A stretch of 63,796 nucleotides of DNA, counting the filler, from Collodictyon triciliatum (Eukaryota): assembly GCA_043381765.1 (NCBI GenBank). It is 5 parts of 5 records of this genome, joined end to end, with 100 filler letters (N's around TTAATTAATTAA, not from the genome) between each part and the next. Parts side by side here need not be neighbours in the genome. Positions count along the whole stretch, not along the records: positions 33,571 to 46,271 come from JBHJMP010000170.1; positions 46,372 to 58,704 come from JBHJMP010000171.1; 3 more parts are not named here. One strand, written 5' to 3'. Below the pieces are notes generated by a model. It saw only the letters and a program-made list of their open reading frames with translations. It was not told the DNA's origin and did not search any database. Positions 38,501 through 49,903 of this stretch are shown one piece after another (within the stretch, counting starts at the first letter, position 1; every line of letters starts with the position of its first letter). The translations under genes were made by a program, and so were the position numbers.

Positions 38501-41196
38501 TACAGGAGAGTTTTTGCAAAAAGTGTCATATACTATCATAAAATATCTGCCCCGATACCTCTGAACTTACTGGCACCCCTCTTTATGCTTGTTCGCTTTT
38601 GCTACAGCAAATCAAGGCCATTGGTTGACTTTGTAACACTGAGCCTGCTAACAGGGTGGAAAGACCGTTCTTTATGTTGGAAATTCCTGTGGGACGATAA
38701 GGCACTTGATACAAAGTTATGGGTGAAATGGCCGTTTCTTAACTTGAGTATATTTGAGCACTATATTGACAACATAGGCATACGATACATGACTCTGTGG
38801 ATTGACTTTATCGTTTACATAGCTTCATGGTCAGTAACCTTTATTTTTCGCGTCCCATACATCCCATTGCGGGTGTTATTTCGATGCGTAGTTGATGTTG
38901 ATCAATATCAGGAATCAGGGACCGGATATGATGACCTTGAAGATGATATTCATGGAGAGGATGACCAGTTTTACACAGTAGCCGATATGACCAATTCTAG
39001 AAAGAGCGTCAGGAGAGCCAAAAAGAGGAAAATACGTGTCTCATCCCTGTTGATGAACTTGGATACTGTTTTTCATCGCTTTCTCATCAGACTTTTCTGG
39101 GTTGCGACGGCTATTCCATGGCTTATTTTCTTTTTCTTTAGATTCGTAAGAGCATTCATAAGGGTATGTTTAGTCCAATCTATTTTTACTTTTGATTACT
39201 TTCTTCTTTTTTTTCTTTTCTAATGTTTTCTGATCGTAAGTATATGTCCTTTTATTGTACCTTTCTATTTTCTATTTATTTAATGTATTTTCTCAATATA
39301 TTCACATCCTTGATTGGAATTTGATGTGCGTGCATAGACAAAAACAGGCAAGTCTTCCCTCCTTTTACAAGGCTTATACGCAGACTCATTCTTGTTTTAT
39401 CTTTCTATATTGATTTAGCCTTTTAATGTTTTTTGTGTCAACAAATTGATTGTTTTCATAGCGTTTTATGGAACGTCTGGTCTAGACATGACAAGCAACA
39501 ATCATGTGAATGTCAGCTATGGTGGACATTTGGTCTCAAAGATGGATGAATCAGATTACACAATAAGAGCAACAAAGCCATTTCGAGTCGAAAATGGAAT
39601 TCGATACTTTGAAATCGAATTTTTGTATCCCAGTTCGAATGCTGGTATTGGATTGGTTCCTTTAAATCACACAGCTTCAATATGCGTGGGAAAAGGAGAC
39701 TACTCTATTGGATTTCTCTCTTCTGGAGAACTTTGGTATCACGGTGCATCTGTAGAGAAGATTAGCCAACCATGGACTGAATTTGGTACAATAGTCGGGT
39801 GTGGGATTGACTATGGTAGAAACCAAATATATTTCTCGTTGAATGGAAGGATATTGATGCATCTACCCATCATCCAATCCTTCCTGTCGAGAGAGATTCT
39901 GTACCCTGCATTCACACTTCGAGAATTCGGATGTGCAGCCAGAGTTAATTTTGGATTATCATCCTTCAAGCTCACTGCCCCAACCTATCAGCCATATTAC
40001 TTTAACCGATGGTCGTGTACTTCTCCATCCATAAGAGTCACCTCAGATGGTCAAATAGTATCATTTTGTGAAAAAATGAAAGATGTTGTTGATACCCCAC
40101 TGGCTTCTCTTGTGGCGGAGAATCCGTTCCCGAAAGGTCAAACCATATCATACTTTGATATCGAAATAGCTCACTGGGGGCATCAAAAGATAGTGTCCAT
40201 TGGGCTTATCTGCAAAAAGTGGGACGAGAATATTAAATTAGGTGATTCCTATCGAACGGTAGGGTTCTCAATAAATGCAGATAGGCAAGAAATGGAAATA
40301 AAATGGAAGTTCAATCGGTAATAATGTTCAACTAAAAATAATGATAATGATAATTAAAAAAAAACATACGATTGCTTGATGCAGCAGGTTTATTCGTCAT
40401 AGATACATAATAATAGAAGAAAGTGATTAATTCTACCCATCACAAGCATTCATAAGCTTGTATATTAGATAGTATTATGAAATATGCATCCCATTTCACA
40501 ATTCTGATTTACCCACATTCTCCCATCAGATGGCACAAAGGGTCTCAGTTAGACTTACTAGTGGACGTAGAGACCGTTCAGCGGATGGGATGCGGCTTCA
40601 ACCGCAAAGCCCGGATTGTTTTCTTTACGATAAATGGAAAGATACTAGATTGCTTCTTAAGAATCCCCAGAAAGTACAGCACCAAGTTCTACCCAGCGGC
40701 ATGCATGTTCTCCTACGGCCAGATTCTATGTGCTGGGTTTGAGTCGCCGGTGCCTATTGCCCACGCACTTCACCTACACGGCCGTCTGTTGCAGCCTCAT
40801 GATGACACACAGACTAGCGGGCAGCCAGACCCATTTGCATCCGAGCCTTCATATTCCTCTAACCGTGGCAGCGAAAGTCTCGGTCGCTTCTCTCAAACCC
40901 TCCCGGCAAACACAGCGCTCTTGCTTACCACAGTTGACGACCCGCTGTTCAAGCCAAACCCGCCGCATCCCTCGTTGTTCCATCAGGGCGCATCCTCGGC
41001 CGCAGGCCTTACTCAGTCACCCCACGTCACAATCAACATGAGCATGCTGGGTTTATCTCCCTCTGACCAGCGACTCCGCCTCGCAAGCCCGCGCAAGGCT
41101 GCCCCACTGCATCCTTCTCTGCCCAGAGACGGGGCTGGGGTGTTGGCCATCAACGAATTCCGAGGCCTTTATGGCACTTTCTTCAACAGCTCATAA
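35059..41196 (+). CDS. LRR + TRP/polycystin-type cation channel + two SPRY domains, about 7 exons
   Basis: LRR exons (LQ/ELDVSNNQIKELP, LKSLDLSHNNITSIP, LKELNLQHNKL pattern). The 2.6-kb exon has the polycystin TOP signature (IVGHVRMRQLR, YPGSGY, WVDLQTRAVFVEF...RLLFEF), six TM helices, a pore loop and S6 LLMNFLIAIM. SPRY motifs: YFEIEF...IGLV...IVGCGIDY...IYFSLNG...LYPA and YFDIEI...MGCGFN...VFFTING...FYPA. Confidence 0.88.
35251..35850. repeat. Intronic (TTG)n and (CT)n-rich microsatellites on either side of LRR exon 2
   Basis: (TTG)n at 35251-35346 and a CT-rich tract at about 35500-35850. Confidence 0.9.
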
Positions 41197-41388
41197 GCAG
41201 ACGCTCCAAGTGAAAGAAGTCGAAAGAGTCTTCATCAATCAGACATCGAGAAAACCATCAAAAGAATAAACTGAATTCCTCCGCCTGGGAAAAAAAAATG
41301 GGAAGAACCAAGCACGCAAATACGAGGGCAGGCAGGGGCGAGCGAAATAAACCCCTTCGTACAACAATAAAAATAACAAAAACTGATG

Positions 41389-41461
41389 CGCCCGGTGTGG
41401 GGGTCGAACCCACGACATTCAGGTTAAAAGCCTGACGCTCTACCGACTGAGCTAACCGGGC
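41389..41461 (-). tRNA. tRNA-Lys (anticodon UUU)
   Basis: GCCCGGTTAGCTCAGTCGGTAGAGCGTCAGGCTTTTAACCTGAATGTCGTGGGTTCGACCCCCACACCGGGCG forms a 73-nt cloverleaf with A and B boxes; a T5 Pol III terminator follows a few nt downstream. Confidence 0.97.
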
Positions 41462-42021
41462 TTGGCATTTTGGAAGAGGAAACTAATATACTAGAATACA
41501 TAAAAATGATAATTGGGTTTCTTGTTTTGTTCGTTTAACTTTTGATTCGCATAGATAAATGTAAGTAAAGTGCTTCCTTACACTTCTATACGATTGTAAG
41601 CATTATTAAAAATTTGAATATCGTGTATTTGTGCATACAGTCTGATCAAATTAGACTTTAAGAGACTAAAACTATAAATTCCGCAAATATCAAAGACCAC
41701 ACAGGCCTGTTCTTTTCTTCCTTTTTCTCTTTCCTTACGTTTTCGATTTGCTTTGCTTGGAGTAATGGTTGTTGTGAAGAGCCAAAGTCTGTGTGTATGG
41801 GATGCGGAAAAGATCAACCACCAAATGAATGGAAAAGATAAAGACACACGGGACGTGTTGCGTGGGTCGATCGGCGATTATCCTGCCGAGAGTGTTTGAT
41901 CAACACAGCAAACAAAAGCAAAGCAAAGCCGCTGGTATGTCCTTTCTCAAAGTCTGTGCAGTAGGTTCTCTTGCCAACTCGGAGACTTTCTACTCTGAAA
42001 GGGTTCGGCGCAGCAGAGACG

Positions 42022-45000
42022 ATGGGAAAAGCTGCTCGGGAAAAGAAAGGCGGAGCCACACGCCGCACGCCGCTCGACGAAGACATTGCGCGAGACCAGG
42101 AAGATCAGAAGAGGAAGGAGGTTCGCCCCATGGCGCGAAAGAAGCTGCGCGAGGAGTCCAAACATAAGCGCGAGCAGAAACTGCAAGATGAAGAGGTTCG
42201 CTTTAAGGGCATACTCCCCTCACATTCTCTTCAATCCTCCAAAGATATGCGCAATACTCCTCGGCATACTGGGCTCCTTCGATCAACGAGAACAAGCGTT
42301 GTTCTTGAACCCCCAGAAAAAAAAAAGGAAGAAAACTATGTCCTTATATATATATATATATATATATAATATCTCCAAGGAAACGTTTTCATGCCAAGTT
42401 GTTCCCTTGTGATATTTAGAACTCTTCGTTCTCTCTTTGTGAACGTTAGAAGATACATGACCGTATGTTTTCGATTGGACTCATTTGTTTTCACGCACAG
42501 GAGGTTGTACCGGAAAGTCTGAGCCGCAAGATTCTGAAAGAGGCCAAAAAACAGCAGAAGGAAATGGAGCAAGAGAGCCGGTTGTTGGGCACGGTGGGCT
42601 CCGGACCGGCGTCTGCAGCTGCTGTTGCCACCAGAAAGTCTGTATCTAATAAATATTTGAATGTAGATGACGCATATATATTCGTCCACCAGAGGAATTA
42701 TCCAGATGAATTACTGGCAGAAGAAAGAGTCACAAATGCGATCAAATCAATTCCATGCACTTGACTTTTCTATATGTAATAGAAAAAAAAGGAGAAAATA
42801 TGAGAAAAAGAGTGTGGTTAAAAAAAATTCACGTCAGGAAAGAAGTTGAGGACGAAGCACTGGAGTGGGAGGAATTTGATGAAGAAGGCGTTGAAGATGA
42901 AGAAGGGGATTTGGGTGAGGAAGAATATTATAGAAGGCAGAGCGAGGCCGTACAGGAGGTTTTTTTTTTAATATATCTTATTTGTAAGTCCTATACTTTT
43001 TTCTTTACATTAGTTTAAATGTAATTATTGTCGTATATTATTTTTATATTGATTATTGTTGCTTACACACAATTATCTTTAGCTTTCTGCTGCCGATGAA
43101 AAGGCATTAGAGCTTTTTATGTCATCAAAATCGACACAAAGAGTGTCGCTGGCGGATATCATCATGCAGAAGATTCGAGAGAAAGAGCAACAGGGAGAAC
43201 AAATAGAATCAAAAGGTTGAATTACGCACCCTCACAAAAAGCAATTGTCGCCATTCCATCTTCATATAGTTATATACATACCGTAGTGAAGCATTTTTCT
43301 TAGATCTTGCTTTGATTAAACATTCTTTATTCAAATATCAAAGAGCCGAAAAAACCTCCAGTCAATCCCAAAGTTATTGAAGTCTATACCGGGTGAGAAA
43401 ATTATCTATCTTTCCTATCTTGTCTTTATCTTGATTATCATATATTCTATTTCTATCATTTAAATAGGGTTAGCATATGTCCCGATATCAATTGCTGTCT
43501 AAAATTCTGATGGATATTAATCGAATATATATTTTCTTACCCTTTTAATTAAAACCATCATCAGAGTTGGTCAGTTGCTTCATAGATATCGTTCGGGGAA
43601 AGTCCCCAAAGCATTCAAAATCATTCCAACCCTGACAAACTGGGAGGAAATTCTTTTACTGACAAGACCAGACTTTTGGTAACTATGTGCTTATTTCTAT
43701 TTCTATTTCTAGAAAAGAAAAGATTGAAAAATTAACAAATATAAGAATAAACTTCAATTATTGGCATCAGATTGAAAACATAATATGCCTAATCAAAATC
43801 TTGAAGTGAATAAAAAAATAAAAAGAGGAGATAATTTTGTCTACTTCATACCATCATTTAACTTTGTTTCTCTCCCTCTAGGTCCCCAGCTGCTACATTT
43901 CAGGCAACAAGATTGTTTGCATCAAACCTTAATAGCAAGATGGCACAGCGGTATATACCACTCTCAGTAGAAATGCTTATGACCAGTTTTTTTTTTTTAA
44001 TCGTTCAACTCATGACGATAATTGTTCAGCGGGTTCTCCTTTTTTTTTTTTAAAAAAAAAAATTATGAAACTTTATAAAATATATTTTAATAGCATCCAC
44101 CACAATACTCATTCCCCTCACCATCATAGCTTTTATAATGTGGTTCTGCTTACTAAAGTGCGCGATGATATTGCCGAACATAAAAGACTTAACTATCACC
44201 TTTACTTGGCTGTGAAGAAATCTCTTTTCAAACCATCCGCGTTTTTCAAAGGATTCCTTCTTCCATTATGCGAGGTAATATCTAATTTAAGTTCCATAAA
44301 AAAAAAAAAAAAGGAGAATACCTCGTTATAATTAAATAGATGCTCTCAGTGTTTTTTTTTTCTTTCATCGTGAATGTGCCTCTCATTTTTGCCACGGCTC
44401 TGACATTCACTATTATGCTGAGCTTGTCAAGTAATTTAAACATGTTCACACAGTCTGGTGATTGTACTCTGAGAGAGGCTGTCATCATCGGAAGCATACT
44501 TAAAAAAGTGACGATACCACTCCTGCAATCGAGTGTTGGTCTTCTCAAGTTATTTGAAATGGATTACTCCGGGAGCAACAGGTCAATAATTATGCAAGAT
44601 GGAAATATGGATGCGAGTCAATTAAATCTGTCGTGTGATGTTTTATATACCCAATTTATTTTCATTCTATATTTTGGTAACCGCAATTGTCCATAATCTT
44701 AACTATCTCATTGCCTAGCATTTTCATCCGAATCCTCCTGGACAAGAAATATGCATTGCCCCTTCGTGTGATTGAATCGGCGATTCAACATTTCTGTAGA
44801 TTTGAAAATGAGGCTAGAAAACTGCCGGTAATCTGGCATCAAAGCTTCTTGGTCTTTGCACAAAGGTTCATCATTAAAATGATTTGATTTTTTCTTTTCC
44901 CTTCCCCCATTCTCTCGTAATGTATCAAACTCAAACCCACATCTCCAAAAAACGCTCAGCATCCTTTCGCAAAATGCTAACTAACAGCAAATAATTCGGT

Positions 45001-45419
45001 AATACACACGACAAACAAACACATAATATATCCCAAATGGTCTTACGAGCGACTTGGAAGATATATCGAAAGATGGTTCAATTAAATTCGCGTACTTGAA
45101 TCAAAAGATATCGCGAGGACATTGCATGGGAACAGAAAGAGGCATTGAAGAATGTACTTCGGAATCAATTCCACCCAACCATCACAGGCATGCCATTCTT
45201 TTTCTTTTCTTTCTTTCTTCTTCTCTGGCTCTTTTTGTTTTTGATTCCATCGAGATCGTTTTGCGTAAAGAGCAGCTTTAATGGCGCCGTGACTGATTCA
45301 TCAGCTTTTAATTATCCGCGTGGGTTTTACGGCTCATTCTATCTTTTCAATCAGACGAAATCAGGAGAGAGCTCTTTGGTGCCCGAGCAAGAGAAGAGGG
45401 TGCTGCAATGGCCGAGTGA
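42022..45419 (+). CDS. BYSL: Bystin / Enp1, 40S ribosome biogenesis factor, multi-exon
   Basis: [45 protein letters not shown]...[31 protein letters not shown]...[47 protein letters not shown]. Confidence 0.95.
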
Positions 45420-45591
45420 TTCCTATTGGTGAATTAGTAAAAGAACTAAACTGCCTTAGTATGCCAACACATGCAAAAAGAAAATAAAAAAATAAAAGGA
45501 CAACGATGGCTGGACTCTAATAAGGCGCGTCAATACTTTATTCTGCGAACTACGCTATTGTCAGTACGACACGCCTCTTTCTTTTTTTTCT

Positions 45592-45830
45592 TTATATAAA
45601 AATGGGGAGAGTCATGTGTTTTGACTGTGAGGATGCATCATAGCGATAAAAGCAGAGGATGAGCATCACTGGACTTCGACTGTTCCCATTCCCATCGACT
45701 CTGAGGCAAACAATATTTTCTTTCGTGTACTTTATGAAGCCTTCTGGGATGTATCCGCGCAAGGATTCACATATTTGCACTCTTTCGTGGGGAGCAACAA
45801 CGCTTGCCTTTAGTAGTATATTTCCACCTG
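45592..45830 (-). CDS. Probable terminal exon of an unknown gene
   Basis: CAG acceptor followed by an open frame GNILLKASVVAPHERV...LPIFI*; an intron-like repeat lies upstream on this strand. Confidence 0.3.
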
Positions 45831-45907
45831 GTTGAGCGAAGCCGATGAGTGGATCGATACAAGAAACCACCAAAGAAAGTGCCCATCAGATGCGAATGCA
45901 AAATAGT

Positions 45908-46271
45908 AACAATAACAATAACAATAATAACAATAATAACAACAATAATAACAACAATAATAACAACAATAATAACAACAATAATAATAACAATAATTAT
46001 AACAATAATTATAACAATAATTATAACAATAATTATAACAATAATTATAACAATAATTATAACAATAATAATAACAATAATAATAACAATAATAATAACA
46101 ATAATAATAACAATAATAATAACAATAATAATAACAATAATAATAACAATAATAACAATAATAACAACAATAATAACAACAATAATAACAACAATAATAA
46201 CAACAATAATAACAACAATAATAACAACAATAATAACAACAATAATAACAACAATAATAATAACAATAATA
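45908..46271. repeat. (AAT/AAC)n compound microsatellite
   Basis: Directly visible, largely 12-nt units such as AACAATAATAAT. Confidence 0.95.
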
Positions 46272-46371
46272 NNNNNNNNNNNNNNNNNNNNNNNNNNNNN
46301 NNNNNNNNNNNNNNNTTAATTAATTAANNNNNNNNNNNNNNNNNNNNNNNNNNNNNNNNNNNNNNNNNNNN
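46272..46371. other. Artificial scaffold-joining linker
   Basis: TTAATTAATTAA at 46316-46327 within Ns. Confidence 0.95.
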
Positions 46372-47126
46372 ATAAAAAAAGATAAAAAAAGATAAAAAAA
46401 GATAAAAAAAGATAAAAAAAGATAAAAAAAGATAAAAAAAAGATAAAAAAAGATAAAAAAAGATAAAAAAGGAAAAAAATAAAAAGAAAAAGGGTTTAGT
46501 GTGATCGTCAGACTTTGTAGACTGGATCGCTTTGAATGCTCCCATCTCGATCACTATTGAAGCTGTGAATCTTTCACCCAACTTTTTCATCGTTAAGGAC
46601 TCGTCCTGTTTATCCTTTCCTTGGTCATTTAGCTTTTGATTCTCTCGCCGATGAATGCGAAATAAAAAATGGCTATTTATCCTACGCGATCTAATTATTA
46701 TTATTATTTTTGTCTCAATTATATTCATCTACCATACAAATTCCTTCGTAGTTAATATCAATGGCATTACAAAACAAACACTTTTGTGAGTCTGTCTGGT
46801 GTTTCTCCCATATTTTTATTTCACTATCTTTTCTTTTTCCTCTGCTCTTTTTTCTTTTCTCTCACTTTCCTTATCTTTTGCGACATATATCTTAACACTG
46901 ACTTCTGTAGGTCGCTAGCAAGGCCGGATAATGCAAGCCAATCAGCGTAAGTTATATTCTGTTATTCCTATGCCTTACAAATCCAACTCCTTCCCTGCCT
47001 GTTATTCCCGCAATTGCCAACGCATGACTAAAACACATATGCAGCGTTGTTTGTCTCAAACATTCTGAACTCTTTTTATTTTTATTGTGGCTATTCTTAT
47101 TATTATTCTTCTTCTTATTATTATTC

Positions 47127-47161
<35 letters not shown>

Positions 47162-47619
47162 TGTGCTAAATGAACCTGGGGAATCGATGATAAAATATAT
47201 TAAACTATAACGACGATTCAATACAGCTCTTCTGAGTAGCCAGAATGAGGAAAGAGACCCTGTCATTGTTCGCATGACATCGGGAAACTTGGAAAACCCC
47301 AACTCTCCGGGTGGAAATGTCTGTACTATTATGTCCTCGTTTCGGCTCTCAATATTCTGATCTCCCCACATATCGTTTTATTTATGTTACAATATGGATG
47401 AACTGTGCCTCGTCTGATTTTTCGTCAGAACTTTGCCTTTTTATACATATACTCGACCTCAGAGTCAAAATCATTCATTTGTATTCTTTCCAATATCATA
47501 TGGAATTCTAGAAACCAAATGCAAAACAGAAATACAATAGGCATCTCTTGTTTATTTTATTCTTTTTTTTTTAACAAATTACTTGAAAATTGAATCCGCA
47601 GCAGCAAAAATTAACTCCT

Positions 47620-49838
47620 ATGACCAACTACGCAACAATACCTGAGTAAGATTCGATCGATTCTGTCTTTTCGTAGACTATTCCAACGATTAAGATATAT
47701 TTATTTGCATGTTTTCATTCATAATTTTTAAATTAAAAAAATCAACTACATATATGTCGATAGCCTCCCTGGTACTCTTGGAAAGACAATCGAGCAAGAG
47801 AGGTACTTTCAGCCTTATTCAACAAATACCCAATCAAGTGCATCATATTGCCTACATGTAGTGCAAATCGACGTCATAATCTTTTACATTCGCCAACTTA
47901 TTGTTTAGTTATGAGATTTTCAGTCGCTCGATTGAAAAGGCTAGCAATGTATCCATGGACCAGAGAGAAATGGAGCGTCACATCAAAAGATGCTTTGCTT
48001 TAAATGCACTCTATTACCGTATTGCGTCCTTTTTCGGGGCTGGTCTTGTTCTCATTCTTCTTGGGCTTATAATCGCCGATCTATCAACCACAAATGATGA
48101 AATCTGGCACAGACAAGTATCAGTCTACTACTTTGTCGGATCTCTTTTTACTTTAGTGAGCGGGTGCTACGTTATCTCGTCTTACTGGGCTCTCGGGGCA
48201 TTGAACCGATACCCTGCCCCTCTATACATCTGGCAAACCGTTTGCGACATCGGCTTAATTATCCCAGTTGTCATCAATGCAATCGAGGATAGGCTGGATG
48301 AGGACAACGAATTTAGAAGAGCTTATCTCTCTTGCAAAATCACTGCAGTGTTCACCCAGGTTTCTTCCATCTCTTAAATTGAAATATCCTACACTATACT
48401 CGATAATCTCGTAAAAAGGCTCATTGATCACCTCTCCGATTTCTAGCTATATCCTGTTTCTTTCCCATATAATGTCCTTGATTCATTATATCCTCATGAG
48501 TGTGAATTTATTCGATAGAAGTAATGAAAAGATTATTCTTCTCATTGACACCACTAATAACATCAACACTGGACACTAGATGTGTCTCTTTGGTTCCACG
48601 GCATGGTTTGCTGTCCTCACAATAGATTTTTACTTGAGCACAAAGAATCCATTCTCAAACACCAAAATCTACCTGAATCGCTATCATGTTCTTGTATGGA
48701 CCTTGACAGCTCTTAGTGGTGTCTTTGTGGCTCTTGCAGAAGATAACAAGCCGTGCCACTTGTGCATTTGCTGGATAAAATCTGGAGACGGAAATGCTGT
48801 AAACTGTCATTATCATCCACTTAACTTAAATCTAAAGTCGCATATCTTCATTATTTCAGTCAAAACGTCGAATTATATTTGCAAATATTTTCCTCTACCT
48901 CACTTTTGATTCGAATAAAGGAGGAAAAGTTTACTTTATCCTGAAAGTATACTTGTGTAAAGGGGGTTTCCGGTTGCTGAATACATGTTTCGAATTAACT
49001 AGATCAACGTCTACATGTGGATTGCTTACTATAGCTGGCAAGTTTTTTCATTTTTGGGTGCATTCCTAGTACTCTACTATTGCATTCGAAAGCTGAACTT
49101 TGATTTTAAACAGACGATTCTCTCAAAGGTATGTAATTTTAGTTTTATATGTAAGTTATTGATGCATTCTTTATTATATACTTATTTATTAGATGTTGTC
49201 TGCGTATTACCCACAAAAGCTCACACGGGCTTAGTCTTACGACTACCTTTTTTCTTTTTTAATTTTTTTTTGACTTTTAAGTAATCAAATGCTCATCAAA
49301 AAAATTATGATTTAATACTGCAATCACAGAATATTCTCATCGTTAACGGGATGAATGTGGACGATATCCGCGTCCACGTGGTGCAGCAGAATGCATTCCA
49401 TGTTCTTTCTCTGGCCCTTTACTTCCTAGCTGTGGCGATTCTTTACAGAATTTATGACACGCAGCGACGAGATCCACCAGAAAGTGACAATAGTGGAGAT
49501 AGTTATTACTGCAGTGTTGAGCATGTCTGATTTCTTCGATTTTTTTTTTTTTTTTTTATCATTCTGAGCATACCGAGAACTCAATACGCCGGATTTATGC
49601 GTCGGCACCATTACTTTTTTTTTCTCATCATTTAGTTATTCATAGTCATTACTTTTTTTTTTTTTTTAAAAAAAAATAATTTCTCTAGCAATCCAATCTA
49701 CCTATTTTGAAAGCACTCGCAGTACTCATGAGTGGCAAAGGTGTCTTGAATGCCATTATCTGGTATAGAAAAAATTATGAAACCTTTGCTAAGGAAGAGG
49801 TTTGTTGAATCAACATTTATTTGTGTATAAACTTTACT

Positions 49839-49903
<65 letters not shown>

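Noticed and set aside
46495-47371. Possible minus-strand gene start divergent from GPCR-PIPK
   Set aside because: No consistent exon chain or recognisable motif could be built.
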